Shown piece by piece: positions 47,763 to 58,272 of a DNA stretch of 64,000 nt. Every line of letters begins with the position of its first letter. Within the stretch, counting starts at the first letter, position 1. This DNA is from Nanobdellota archaeon (GTDB taxonomy: Archaea; Nanobdellota; Nanobdellia; Woesearchaeales; GCA-2686295). Made by a program: the position numbers and the translations under genes. Location: NCBI GenBank assembly GCA_018819065.1, contig JAHJQL010000017.1, forward strand, positions 35,952-99,951. Reading direction: 5' to 3'. The notes beneath the pieces are model-generated. The model was not told the origin of the DNA. It saw only the letters and a list, made by a program, of their open reading frames with translations, and ran no database searches.

Positions 47763-49103
47763 ATGAAATATAGTGAATCTGAAACATTAGAACTGAAAAA
47801 ATCCACTTCAGAAATAAATGAAGCCATAATTTCAATAGTTGCAATTTTAAATAAGCACAATGCAGGAGAATTAATTTTTGGAATATCTCCAAACGGAACT
47901 GTAAACGGACAAAGTTTTTCTGAAAAGACATTAAGAGATATTTCTCAAAAGATAGCAAATTCTATTGAACCAAAAATATATCCTCGAGTAGAGCCTCAAA
48001 AAATTGGTGAAAAATATTGTATAATTGTAAAATTTGTAGGAGATGAACCAATTTACTATGCTCAAGGCAAAGCATATGTGAGAGTTGCTGATGAGGATAA
48101 ACTCATGTCTGCAAAAGAAATAGAAAAAAGAATACAATCAAAAAGTAATCTTAAATGGGATTCTTTTGTTTCAGATGTTTCTTTTGAAAAAGTCAATGAA
48201 ACTCAATTAAAAAAGTATATTGAAGAAGCAAGAAAAACCGAACGAATTAATTTTTCTTATTCTAATAAAAAAGAAGTTCTTGAAAAACTTGAGTTAATTA
48301 AGGGAAATAATCTATTAAATGCAGGTAAAATATTATTTTATGATGCAACAGAAGTTCAGACCGCGGTTTTTGCAGGAACATCAAAAAATACTTTTTTAGA
48401 TATTAAAGATAAGACTGCAAATATTTTTGAATTGATAGAATTTTCTGAAAAATACATTAAAGAACATATTGATTGGAGGGCAGATTTAAGCACAGGGACT
48501 CGGCAAGAGATACCTGAAATTCCTATAAGAGCAATATCTGAAAGCCTGGTTAATTCTTTTTGCCACAGGGATTATACTGCTCCTGAAAGCAATAAAGTTG
48601 CGATTTATAAAGACAGAATTGAAATTTGGAATCCTGGAGAGTTCCCATCTGAATTTAAACCATTAGATTTTGTGAAAAAAGAATTGCCATCAGTTCTTAG
48701 AAATCCAAAAATCGCAAAAATATTATACTATAATAGAAAAATTGAAAAATGGGGTTCTGGACTTCGTCGTATTTATGATGAGTGTAAAGAACACGATGTC
48801 AAAGTCAAATTTAAAGTCTTAAAATATGGATTTAGTGTTATATTTTTTCGAAGCAAACCAAAAGTAACAAAGCAAGAATCGGACACAAACCAGACACAAA
48901 CCAGACACAAACCAGATGAAGAAAATAGACAGAAATGGATTTTAGACTACCTAAAAACTAATCAAACTATAAAATCTAAAGATATAATTCAAAAATTTAA
49001 AATTGTCAAAGATACATCTGTTCGAGACCTTAATAACCTTATTAAACAAAATAAAATCATTAAGAAAGGTGCAGGAAACAATGTGTGGTATGAGTTAAGA
49101 TGA
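47763..49103 (+). CDS. Schlafen/AlbA_2-domain protein with HATPase_c_4-like and C-terminal HTH (COG2865-like)
   Basis: N-terminal ESETLELKKS...AILNKHNAGELIFGISPNGTVNG (AlbA_2) and a mid region ...YKDRIEIWNPGEF. A short DNA tandem repeat acaaaccagac x3 lies at 48888-48922. Confidence 0.75.
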   Translation: MKYSESETLELKKSTSEINEAIISIVAILNKHNAGELIFGISPNGTVNGQSFSEKTLRDISQKIANSIEPKIYPRVEPQKIGEKYCIIVKFVGDEPIYYAQGKAYVRVADEDKLMSAKEIEKRIQSKSNLKWDSFVSDVSFEKVNETQLKKYIEEARKTERINFSYSNKKEVLEKLELIKGNNLLNAGKILFYDATEVQTAVFAGTSKNTFLDIKDKTANIFELIEFSEKYIKEHIDWRADLSTGTRQEIPEIPIRAISESLVNSFCHRDYTAPESNKVAIYKDRIEIWNPGEFPSEFKPLDFVKKELPSVLRNPKIAKILYYNRKIEKWGSGLRRIYDECKEHDVKVKFKVLKYGFSVIFFRSKPKVTKQESDTNQTQTRHKPDEENRQKWILDYLKTNQTIKSKDIIQKFKIVKDTSVRDLNNLIKQNKIIKKGAGNNVWYELR

Positions 49104-49387
49104 AAAAGAACTACAGGCATTATGATCAAGAAAAATTTCTAGAAGCCCTTGAAAACATAGATAAGAAAAAAACTAATAAAATACTAGATTTAGGTTCTGG
49201 CAAGGGAGATTTCACACATGAAATACAGTCAGTATTCAAAGGTTCTAGGATAACTGCAACAAAGATATATAAATGGCTTTACAAGAAACGACTTAAAATA
49301 TTTACTAGAACAGCACAAATTTACAATAGAAAAAGGTCTTGTTACAAAGGTTTTTTTATCAGAAAACAAACACATACCGCTGCTTGA
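49100..49387 (+). pseudogene. truncated class-I SAM methyltransferase fragment
   Basis: Only motif I (ILDLGSGKGDFT) is present and the ORF is 95 aa. It overlaps the Schlafen-like gene stop by 4 nt. Confidence 0.4.
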
Positions 49388-49428
49388 AAAAATAATACCC
49401 AAAATAGCACTATCACAAATATAGATTT

Positions 49429-49512
49429 ATGAAAGAAAATGATGGAGAAGTAAGACTTGTAAAACTAATAGAAGGAAAATCAACGACAAACATAATTAAT
49501 AAAATAAAATGA
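49429..49512 (+). pseudogene. remnant of the original 3' end of hldE
   Basis: Encodes MKENDGEVRLVKLIEGKSTTNIINKIK*, aligning to the hldE C-terminal GGVVEIIKLTDGKSTTNIINK. 23 nt (tcaacgacaaacataattaataa) are identical to 47699-47721. Its TGA overlaps the hldD ATG. Confidence 0.6.
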
Positions 49513-50456
49513 TAATCGTTACAGGTGGAGCAGGATTTATCGGTAGTTGTATTGTAAAAGGCTTAAATGACTTAGGAATTTCTAATATAATTATTGTTGA
49601 TGAACTAGGCACCGACGAGAAGTGGAAAAACCTCGTTAATCTAAAGTATAAAGACTTTATCCATAAAAACAATTTCTTAGAAGAATTAAAACTGATGAAA
49701 AACATCGACTTAATAATTCATATGGGCGCATGCTCATCAACAACAGAAACAGATTCAGATTATTTGATAGATAATAACTTCAAGTATAGCAAAGAATTGT
49801 TTGACTGGTGTTTAAAGAATAACTGCAGATTGATATACGCAAGCAGTGCAGCGACGTACGGCGACGGAAGCATTGGTTATGATGATTCAAAAACAGACGA
49901 GTTAAAGCCTCTGAATATGTATGGATATACAAAAAAATTATTTGACCAATACGTTTTAAACTCAGAAAACAAACCAAAGCAATGCGTCGGACTAAGATTC
50001 TTCAACGTCTACGGCCCAAACGAATATCATAAAGGAAAAATGGCTTCGGTAATATTTCACTCGTTTAACCAGATAAAAAAAGAAAAAGAGATAAAACTAT
50101 TCAAATCATACAAGAAAGAATACTCTGACGGAGAGCAAAAAAGAGACTTTGTATACGTAAAAGACACAGTAGAAGTAGTTCTGTTCATGATGAAGAATGA
50201 TAAAATTAACGGTATATTCAACGTTGGAACAGGAGAAGCAAGAAGCTTTAATGACTTGGCAAGAAGCGTGTTTAAAGCAATGAACCTAAAAGAAAATATA
50301 AAATATGTGGATATGCCGCAAGGACTAAAAGAAAAATACCAATACTACACACAAGCAAACATTGAAAAACTAAGAAAAGCAGGCTACAAAAAGAAGTTTT
50401 ACAGCCTAGAAGAAGGAACAAAAGACTATGTGTGTAAATATTTAGAAAAAATGTGA
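49509..50456 (+). CDS. hldD: ADP-L-glycero-D-manno-heptose 6-epimerase
   Basis: MIIVTGGAGFIGSCIVKGLNDLGISNIIIVDEL... matches the RfaD/HldD N-terminus closely. 315 aa SDR. Confidence 0.9.
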   Translation: MIIVTGGAGFIGSCIVKGLNDLGISNIIIVDELGTDEKWKNLVNLKYKDFIHKNNFLEELKLMKNIDLIIHMGACSSTTETDSDYLIDNNFKYSKELFDWCLKNNCRLIYASSAATYGDGSIGYDDSKTDELKPLNMYGYTKKLFDQYVLNSENKPKQCVGLRFFNVYGPNEYHKGKMASVIFHSFNQIKKEKEIKLFKSYKKEYSDGEQKRDFVYVKDTVEVVLFMMKNDKINGIFNVGTGEARSFNDLARSVFKAMNLKENIKYVDMPQGLKEKYQYYTQANIEKLRKAGYKKKFYSLEEGTKDYVCKYLEKM

Positions 50457-50488
50457 ATTATTAGAATAAATTTCAAGTTCATAAAATA

Positions 50489-51487
50489 ATGAAAATAAAC
50501 ATAATAAATAGTTCTCCAAAAAATAGCGCAATATGGAAAGTAGGATATTATAATTATCTTGAATTAAAAAAAGACACTCATTATGATGTTAAATTTATAG
50601 ATTTATGGGAAGAAAACAAAGTATCTCATAACAATATAATTAGAGCATTACAACTTCTAAAAGGAATAAATCTAAATTTAAAGAAAGACGAAATAAATTA
50701 TTACATGACCCCCCTAATGTCAAAAACAATGAGGATAAATAAAGCAAAACAAAACATCATGTTTATACATGATTTGTATCCGTTGTATTATTCAGGAATA
50801 GGACTTAAAACAGTATGCAAAATACTCTATAAACAATCGACATTTGCAAATCTAATAGTTACTAACTCCGATACAACAAAGAATGAATATTTACAAGAAT
50901 ATGGTAAAACAAATAAAATATTTTCAAACCATCTTGGATTAGATAAAAAATATTTTAAAGTAAAAACTGTAAAAAAACCTAAGAAATTAACTTTCATAAG
51001 CATAGGAAGAGATGAACCAAGAAAAAATCTTGAATTTATAATTAATATTCTTAACAAAATTAATGTAGAATTTGAACTAATAAGAATAGGTGAATTTAGC
51101 AAGAAAAACATATCTAAGTTGAATAAAATAAAAAATAAAATACGAATATACAAAAATGTCAATGAAAATGAATTAATAAAACTGTATTCAAAATCACACA
51201 TTTTACTATTTCCATCGACTTATGAAGGATTTGGAATGCCACCAATAGAAGCAATGGCATGTGAATGCATACCATTAGTATCAGACAAAACAAGTTTGCC
51301 AGAAGTAGTTCAAAATGAAGAACTAATAATTCCTCTTGAAGAAGAAAAATGGATTGAAAAAATAAAACAAATAATTAAAGATGAAAGTTACAAAAAAGAA
51401 TTAATACAATTTGGAAAACAACAAATAAATAAATATATTTGGAAAGAACATAAAGAAAGATTTGAAAAAATATTGAATTATTTATAA
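50489..51487 (+). CDS. GT4/GT1-type glycosyltransferase
   Basis: C-terminal LLFPSTYEGFGMPPIEAMACECIPLVSD. Confidence 0.7.
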   Translation: MKINIINSSPKNSAIWKVGYYNYLELKKDTHYDVKFIDLWEENKVSHNNIIRALQLLKGINLNLKKDEINYYMTPLMSKTMRINKAKQNIMFIHDLYPLYYSGIGLKTVCKILYKQSTFANLIVTNSDTTKNEYLQEYGKTNKIFSNHLGLDKKYFKVKTVKKPKKLTFISIGRDEPRKNLEFIINILNKINVEFELIRIGEFSKKNISKLNKIKNKIRIYKNVNENELIKLYSKSHILLFPSTYEGFGMPPIEAMACECIPLVSDKTSLPEVVQNEELIIPLEEEKWIEKIKQIIKDESYKKELIQFGKQQINKYIWKEHKERFEKILNYL

Positions 51488-51510
51488 AAATAAATTTCAG
51501 ATGTGCTAAA

Positions 51511-52467
51511 ATGTATATAACTCAAAAAAAATATTGGTCTTTTCTTTTCACAATCGACATTATTGGAAACATATTATTTTTTTGGACAAAACTAAAAAAA
51601 CCTCCTAAAAGAATAAATAAAATCCTATTTATAAGACTTGAACATATAGGAGATATGGTACTTGCAACACCCATATTTGAAAGTTTCAAAAAAGAACATC
51701 CTGAATGTAAAATTCACGTGTTATGTAAAACCTTAAGTGAACCAATAATTAAATATAATCCTTATGTTAATAAAATAATTACATATGACCCTTCATGGAT
51801 GATACAAAGACAAGAAGATCCAAAAAAAACTTTTTATTCGTTAATATCTACTCTTCGAAAAGAAAAATATGATTTAGTATTTGAAATGCATGGAGACCCA
51901 AGAAATAATTTAATAACATTTTTAACTGGAAGTTATACAATAGGATATTCTTGTAGAGGTGGAGGATTTTTCTTAAATAAAATAATTCAATATAATCCTA
52001 AGAAAAGAATGATTGAACAAAATCTAGATTTAATAACTAATTACTGTAAAAAAACTACTGACAAAACAAGAATATTTGTTGATAATAATTCAAAAAAAGA
52101 AGCAACCAAGTTAATGAAAAAGTATAATCTTAAAAGTAAACAATATATAATTATCAATCCTTTATCTGGCAGAAAAGAAAAAGATTTGACAACAGAAGAA
52201 GTTAATAAATTTATTAAAGAATATTCTGATCAAAAAATAGTAATCACAGGATCAAAATCAGAAATTGAAAAAAATAAAGTATATAATAAATATACAAATA
52301 TAATAAATGTGACAGGTAAAACTAATCTTTTAGTATTAACAGAAATTGTGCAAAACGCAAAAAAAGTAATAGCACCAGATACAGGAATAATACACATTGC
52401 AAAAGCTGTCAAAACACCATTTGAAGCAGTATATAAGACAACTGATAAAAGTGTGTGGGGGTACTAG
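51511..52467 (+). CDS. GT9 glycosyltransferase (ADP-heptose heptosyltransferase family)
   Basis: ILFIRLEHIGDMVLATPIFESFKKEHPECKIHVLC (N-terminal GT9 signature), ...IINPLSGRKEKDLT..., KVIAPDTGIIHIAKAV. Confidence 0.75.
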   Translation: MYITQKKYWSFLFTIDIIGNILFFWTKLKKPPKRINKILFIRLEHIGDMVLATPIFESFKKEHPECKIHVLCKTLSEPIIKYNPYVNKIITYDPSWMIQRQEDPKKTFYSLISTLRKEKYDLVFEMHGDPRNNLITFLTGSYTIGYSCRGGGFFLNKIIQYNPKKRMIEQNLDLITNYCKKTTDKTRIFVDNNSKKEATKLMKKYNLKSKQYIIINPLSGRKEKDLTTEEVNKFIKEYSDQKIVITGSKSEIEKNKVYNKYTNIINVTGKTNLLVLTEIVQNAKKVIAPDTGIIHIAKAVKTPFEAVYKTTDKSVWGY

Positions 52468-54014
52468 AATTGCTTAAAAAAACAGAACGAACTACGAACG
52501 ATTCTAACACGAAGAATTTTAAAGTTTTATTTGTCTTGCCAGATTTTAATTACGTTGAAGAATACATGCCTGATTATTCTGGAAGCTTTTCGCTCGGGTT
52601 AGGATATGTTTCTGCAATGCTAAAAAAACACGAGTTTCAAACGTCACTAATTCATTTGACAAATAATATTCCTAAAAAGGAATTTGTAAAAAGAATAAAA
52701 GATGAAAACCCAGATCTAATTGGTTTTAGCATTTTTTCACATCAAAGAGCTGATGCTGAGAAATATGTTGGATTTATCAGAGATGCCAAAATAAATATAC
52801 CTATAATAATTGGTGGAGTTCACGCAACAACAGACCCTGAAGATGCAATAAGAATTAAAGGAGTCAATTATGTTTGTGTTGGTGAAGGAGAATATCCACT
52901 GCTTGACTTATGCAACACATTATATGAACAAAAAAATACTACAAACATTCCAAATATATGGGTAAAAGAAAAACAAAAAATAATACAAAATGAAATAAGA
53001 CCACTATTGCAAAATCTTGATGAACTTTCGTTTCCAGACCGAGAAATGTTTGATTATAAAAATCTTTCAGACACAAAAATGGGTGTTTTTAATGTTCTTG
53101 CAACAAGAGGCTGCCCATATAATTGCACATACTGCTGCAATCATGTATATCAGAAAATATACAAAAATAAAGGAAAATATGTTCGATTTAGAAAACCAGA
53201 ATTTGTAATTCAAGAAATAAAAGAAGGATTAAAAAAATATCCTTATTTAAAATATGTAAATCTGGAAGATGACGCTTTTTGTTTAGATAAAAAGTTTGTA
53301 AAAGAATTTTCAAAAGAGTTTAAAAAAAAAATTGGTAAACCATTTAATGCAAATACACGTGTAAATCTAATAAATGATGAAGTCGCAAAAAACTTATCAA
53401 AAGGAGGATGTATACATGTTGCAGTTGGGATTGAGTCAGGAAACCAACAAATTAGAGAAAAAATACTCAAAAGATTTATGACAAATGAACAAATTCATAA
53501 CGCAATTAAAACGTGCCATAAATATGGAATAACAGTCGGAACATATAACATAATAGGGCTACCACAAGAAAGCATAAAAAATGTTCTTGAAACAATAAAA
53601 CTAAATGTGAAATCAAAAGCAGACTCAATGCATGTTTCAATATTTCAACCATATCCAAACACTGAATTATATAATTATTGTATAAAAAATAAAATGATAA
53701 AAAACTCAAAAGTCAGCACATTCTTTGGAGAATATCTTCTTAAAAATAATACAATAACAAAAGAAGAAGTAACGTTTGCTTACAAATATTTTTACATTTA
53801 TGCTAAAGTATATAAAACAATTGGAAAATTAAAAATAATAGAAAAAACACTTGACAAAACATTCACAGCGAAGAAAACACATAAATTGCAATTAGCAATT
53901 TATCCGATTATGTTTTTTATAACAAACCCGATGATAGCCATTTACAGAATTATGATGAACATATCACCAAAAGCAACAAGAAAAATAAAATATTTGATTC
54001 TTGGGAGAAAATAA
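52455..54014 (+). CDS. cobalamin-binding radical SAM enzyme (class B RS, probable methyltransferase)
   Basis: N-terminal B12-binding-like domain (IGFSIFSHQ...IIIGGVHATTDPED) and a radical SAM cluster motif ATRGCPYNCTYC. Confidence 0.8.
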   Translation: MGVLELLKKTERTTNDSNTKNFKVLFVLPDFNYVEEYMPDYSGSFSLGLGYVSAMLKKHEFQTSLIHLTNNIPKKEFVKRIKDENPDLIGFSIFSHQRADAEKYVGFIRDAKINIPIIIGGVHATTDPEDAIRIKGVNYVCVGEGEYPLLDLCNTLYEQKNTTNIPNIWVKEKQKIIQNEIRPLLQNLDELSFPDREMFDYKNLSDTKMGVFNVLATRGCPYNCTYCCNHVYQKIYKNKGKYVRFRKPEFVIQEIKEGLKKYPYLKYVNLEDDAFCLDKKFVKEFSKEFKKKIGKPFNANTRVNLINDEVAKNLSKGGCIHVAVGIESGNQQIREKILKRFMTNEQIHNAIKTCHKYGITVGTYNIIGLPQESIKNVLETIKLNVKSKADSMHVSIFQPYPNTELYNYCIKNKMIKNSKVSTFFGEYLLKNNTITKEEVTFAYKYFYIYAKVYKTIGKLKIIEKTLDKTFTAKKTHKLQLAIYPIMFFITNPMIAIYRIMMNISPKATRKIKYLILGRK

Positions 54015-54970
54015 TGCTAAAAGATAAATTAATATTAGAAACTGTTAATTGCTTAATATGTAAAAAAAATAAATTCAAGGTTAATAAAAAAATAATTATT
54101 AATACTAAAAAAGAAGCTAAAATAGTAAAATGTAAAAATTGCGGATTAGTATATTTATCACCAAGACCCAAAAATGTTGAACTATTATATTCTGAAAAAT
54201 ACTGGGAATTAAATGAAAATAAAAGTTTTGAACATTTAAACAAACAAAGAACTGATGCTGTTAAAAAAACAATTGAAAAAATTGAAAAATACATATCTAA
54301 ACATCTGAATCAAGAACAAAAAATAAACATTTTAGATATAGGTGCAGGAGATGGACTTTTTCTAAACAGCATAAATAAAAAATTTAATAGATATGCAACA
54401 GAAATATCTAAAAGCGGTGTAAACTATCTTAAAAAAAAAGGAATAAAAAATGTTTATTGCGGAGATTTTAATGAAATAAACTTTAAAGAAAAATATGATG
54501 TTGTCAACATAAGTCATGTTATAGAACATCTTAAAAATCCCGCATATTTTTTAAAAAAAGTTAAAAAGATTATGAAAAAAGAAAGTATTTTGGTTATTTC
54601 AGCACCTAATGAAGATTCTTTTTTTACAAAAATAGTTAATTTACCAATTATAAGAAAACTGACTATCGAAAAAGATGAGTGGACGAATCAAAAAAAAGTC
54701 GACAAAATTGAATTCTGTTCAATAAAAAATAACAGCGAGTTAGGAGAAAGAAGATTTCTAATACATAATTTGCATCACTTTTATTTTTTTACACCTAAAA
54801 CAATTAAATATTTATTAAAAATTAACAAGTTTAAGATAGTTTATTTTTATGATGGAAATTTAATAAAAACAAACTCTTCAATTAAGAACATGATTAAAAA
54901 TAATTTTATTAATAAGTTATTCAAATTTTTTAATTCCCAAGAAGAATTATTAATCTTTGCAAAAATTTAA
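54014..54970 (+). CDS. class-I SAM methyltransferase with N-terminal Cys4 zinc ribbon
   Basis: CLICKKNKF...CKNCGLVY, then ILDIGAGDGLFLN motif I. Confidence 0.7.
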   Translation: MLKDKLILETVNCLICKKNKFKVNKKIIINTKKEAKIVKCKNCGLVYLSPRPKNVELLYSEKYWELNENKSFEHLNKQRTDAVKKTIEKIEKYISKHLNQEQKINILDIGAGDGLFLNSINKKFNRYATEISKSGVNYLKKKGIKNVYCGDFNEINFKEKYDVVNISHVIEHLKNPAYFLKKVKKIMKKESILVISAPNEDSFFTKIVNLPIIRKLTIEKDEWTNQKKVDKIEFCSIKNNSELGERRFLIHNLHHFYFFTPKTIKYLLKINKFKIVYFYDGNLIKTNSSIKNMIKNNFINKLFKFFNSQEELLIFAKI

Positions 54971-54972
54971 AA

Positions 54973-56127
54973 ATGAGAAAAATAAAATATTTAATATTAG
55001 ATAAATTGTTTTTTCTAATTAATAAAATTGTTAAGAAAAAAAAACCAAAAGTAGATGCTAAAACTATAAAAAAAGTTCTTATTATAAAATATTGTTGTAT
55101 TGGCGATGTTCTTATGACAACTCCTTTAATAAAAGGTATCAAACAAACATTTCCTAAAACGAAAATTGATTATTGTGTTGGTGAATGGTCAAAAGAAGTT
55201 TTAAAAGAAAATAAATCACTAAATAGAATATTTATTGACAAAAAAAATAACAGAAAAGAACTTAAAAGAGAATTAAAGAACAAATATGATTTAATATTTA
55301 TTTTAGATTTGGGTATTTCTGATCAATACTTTGCATATTCACTAAAACCAAAAATATTAGCAGGTCTTGACAGCATGAATAGAGGTTTTCTTTTGAACTA
55401 TAAAATGAAACATGAAGTTGATGATAATATTCATGAAACAGATGCATATCTTGGAGTTTTAGAGTCTCTTGGTTATAAAACAAAAGATAAACAAATGGAA
55501 ATGATTCTAACAAAAGAAGAGAAAAACTTCGGTTTAAATTTTATTAAAACAAACAATCTTGAAGATAAAAAAATGGTTGGAATATTTCCTGGTGGTGGAC
55601 ATAATCCGGGAACCACTATGAATTTAAAACAATGGGGAAGTGAAAAATATGCTGAATTAGTAAATAAATTAACAAATAATGATTTTTCTATAATATTGTT
55701 TGGTGGAAAAACTGATAAAGAAACAATTGATAATGTAAAAAAATTATTAAATAATAAGAATAAAGTAATTGATGCGTCAATAAAATATAATTTAAGACAA
55801 TCATCTGCATTAATAAGCACATGCGATTTATTTATTTCAAATGATTCAGGACCAATGCACATCGCATCAGCTCTTGGAGTGAAAACAATATCAATATTCG
55901 GACCTACAAATGCAAATCTATTAAAACCTTTAGGGAAAAATGATTTTATGTTTTACACAAATAAAAAATGCACTCCTAATTATACAAACAAAAATAACAA
56001 TCATGATTGTCATCCATGTTATAGACAAATAATAGGTGATTTTAATTATGGATGTCAAACAAAAGATTGCATGAAAAAAATACTTGTTGAGGATGTTGAA
56101 AAAAAAGTTTATGAAATACTACAATAA
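54973..56127 (+). CDS. GT9 glycosyltransferase (heptosyltransferase family), second copy
   Basis: VLIIKYCCIGDVLMTTPLIKGIKQTFPKTKIDYCV, VGIFPGGGHNPG, NDSGPMHIASALGVKTISIFGPT. Confidence 0.75.
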   Translation: MRKIKYLILDKLFFLINKIVKKKKPKVDAKTIKKVLIIKYCCIGDVLMTTPLIKGIKQTFPKTKIDYCVGEWSKEVLKENKSLNRIFIDKKNNRKELKRELKNKYDLIFILDLGISDQYFAYSLKPKILAGLDSMNRGFLLNYKMKHEVDDNIHETDAYLGVLESLGYKTKDKQMEMILTKEEKNFGLNFIKTNNLEDKKMVGIFPGGGHNPGTTMNLKQWGSEKYAELVNKLTNNDFSIILFGGKTDKETIDNVKKLLNNKNKVIDASIKYNLRQSSALISTCDLFISNDSGPMHIASALGVKTISIFGPTNANLLKPLGKNDFMFYTNKKCTPNYTNKNNNHDCHPCYRQIIGDFNYGCQTKDCMKKILVEDVEKKVYEILQ

Positions 56128-56758
56128 AGAATATGCTTTAAACCATCAAAAAAATGCTAAAGAGTATTGGGAGTATAAAGAAATATTTAGATTATTCACA
56201 CCTAAAAAAAATTCTTCAATATTAGAAATTGGCTGTAATACAGGTGACTTAATAAAACTTCTTTACGAAAGAGGCTACAAAAATATTTCAGGAATTGATA
56301 TAAACTCTCAAGCTGTTAAAATCGCAAAAAAAAAAGTTCCTAAAGCAAACATACAAATTAAAGATATCATGAAAACAATCCCAGAAAAAAAATACGATAT
56401 AATTTATGCATTACATATTATTGAACACTTTGAAAATACTGAAGATTTTCTTAAAAAAATTAAAAATTTACTTAATAATAAAGGAATACTTATAATTTCA
56501 TGTCCTAATAAAATAGCCTATTTAATGAGATTAGAACATTTTATCAGAGGAAAAAAGCACTGTTTTGATCCGACACATGAAAAATATTTCTCAATATTAG
56601 AATTACAAAAAGAATGTAGAAAAATAGGTTTTAAAATTATGAGAAAAAGCACTTTACCTCTTGATTTAATAACACAAAAAATCCTCGAAGGAAAAAATAT
56701 TAGAATTCCTGCAACGATATTTGGAGGTCATAATTATATAGTGTGTCAAAATGATTAA
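56084..56758 (+). CDS. class-I SAM methyltransferase
   Basis: ILEIGCNTGDL motif I and DIIYALHIIEHF motif II. It overlaps the upstream GT9 3' end by 44 nt. Confidence 0.7.
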   Translation: MLRMLKKKFMKYYNKEYALNHQKNAKEYWEYKEIFRLFTPKKNSSILEIGCNTGDLIKLLYERGYKNISGIDINSQAVKIAKKKVPKANIQIKDIMKTIPEKKYDIIYALHIIEHFENTEDFLKKIKNLLNNKGILIISCPNKIAYLMRLEHFIRGKKHCFDPTHEKYFSILELQKECRKIGFKIMRKSTLPLDLITQKILEGKNIRIPATIFGGHNYIVCQND

Positions 56759-58268
56759 AAAATTAATATTATTTTATCCATCGAGCGAATCTGATTTTGA
56801 AGGTAAAGATATAGATTTTGAAATACCAGGAATACCTATTGGAATAATGAGTTTAGCAGCATATATAGAGTCAAAAGGATACGAAGTAAAACTAATAGAT
56901 TCGAGATTATATGATAAGAATACTAGTAAAAACATGTTGTTTAATGAAATAAATGAAGAAACAATTGTAGGAATTTCAGCCACCACATCTCAAGTAAAAC
57001 ATGGATATATAATTTCTAAAGAAATAAAAAACAAATTTTCAAAAACAAAAATTGTTTGGGGCGGAATACACCCAACACTTTATCCAGAACAAACAATAAA
57101 AGGAAAATATGTTGATTTTGTGATAAATGGTGAAGGTGAATATGGATTACTGGAACTAATAAAACAACTTAACCTGACAACACCCGATTTTTCAAAGGTT
57201 CCTAGTCTAATTTATTTAAAAAGAAGTAAAATCATACAAAATCAATTAACTTTCTGTTCTGACATAAATGAGTTACCAGATCCGTCATATCATCTTCTAG
57301 AAATTGAAAAATATACAAATCGTGAACTTTATTTTTATGATATGAATAAAAAATACAAAACCATTGACATAAACACCAGCAGAGGTTGCCCATATAGATG
57401 CTCATTTTGTACAAATACCATTAATGGTTTTAAAAATTGGAGACCATTAGATGCAAAAAGAGTTAATAAACTAATCGATAAGTTGATCACAAAATATAAA
57501 GTAGAACACATATGGTTTATGGATGATTATTTTTTTGGAAATAAAGAAAGAGTAAAAGAAATTATTAACCACTTAATTAAAAAAAAATATAATCTCACCT
57601 GGGAGGCAAATGCAAGAGCTAATTTATTTAGAAATAATTATTTTACAAAAGAATTTATAAAATTAATAAAAAAAAGTGGTTGTATACAGTTAAGAATGGG
57701 TATAGAATCAGGTTCGAATAGAGTTTTAAAAATATTAAAAAAAGATATATTTATTGATGATGCAATAACTGCTACCAAAAAATTAAAAAAATATAAAATA
57801 AGAAGTAACATGTATTTTATGGGAGGAATTCCTGGAGAAACAAAAGAAGAGTTCATACAAACAATAAAACTAATGATTAATTTAAAAAAAATAGATTCTA
57901 ACTCGCTTATTCAAGGGCCTGGATTATTCAGACCATATCCGGGAACAGAATTATATAAAGAATGCAAAAAATTAGGATTTGAAGAACCAAAAACGCTTGA
58001 AGAATGGACTAAAATTAATTTGACAAATAATTTCGGAATAAATGAAAAAGACATTCAATGGGTTGATTTTGCACCTGAAGTAATAACGTCTGAAATAACT
58101 GTATTTAATTTTATGTATGGACACAGCAATAAGTCAAGAAATAAAAAACTTAGCATTACTAGAATAATATTATATTATATTGCACTATTAAGATTAAAAA
58201 CTAATTTTTTTAAAATACCAATGGAAAAAAAATTATTAGAGATAAAACAAAGAATGACAAAAAAGTAA
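56751..58268 (+). CDS. cobalamin-binding radical SAM enzyme, second copy
   Basis: B12-binding-like N-terminus (IVGISATTSQ...IVWGGIHPTLYPEQ) and TSRGCPYRCSFC. Confidence 0.8.
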   Translation: MIKKLILFYPSSESDFEGKDIDFEIPGIPIGIMSLAAYIESKGYEVKLIDSRLYDKNTSKNMLFNEINEETIVGISATTSQVKHGYIISKEIKNKFSKTKIVWGGIHPTLYPEQTIKGKYVDFVINGEGEYGLLELIKQLNLTTPDFSKVPSLIYLKRSKIIQNQLTFCSDINELPDPSYHLLEIEKYTNRELYFYDMNKKYKTIDINTSRGCPYRCSFCTNTINGFKNWRPLDAKRVNKLIDKLITKYKVEHIWFMDDYFFGNKERVKEIINHLIKKKYNLTWEANARANLFRNNYFTKEFIKLIKKSGCIQLRMGIESGSNRVLKILKKDIFIDDAITATKKLKKYKIRSNMYFMGGIPGETKEEFIQTIKLMINLKKIDSNSLIQGPGLFRPYPGTELYKECKKLGFEEPKTLEEWTKINLTNNFGINEKDIQWVDFAPEVITSEITVFNFMYGHSNKSRNKKLSITRIILYYIALLRLKTNFFKIPMEKKLLEIKQRMTKK

Positions 58269-58272
58269 AAAC

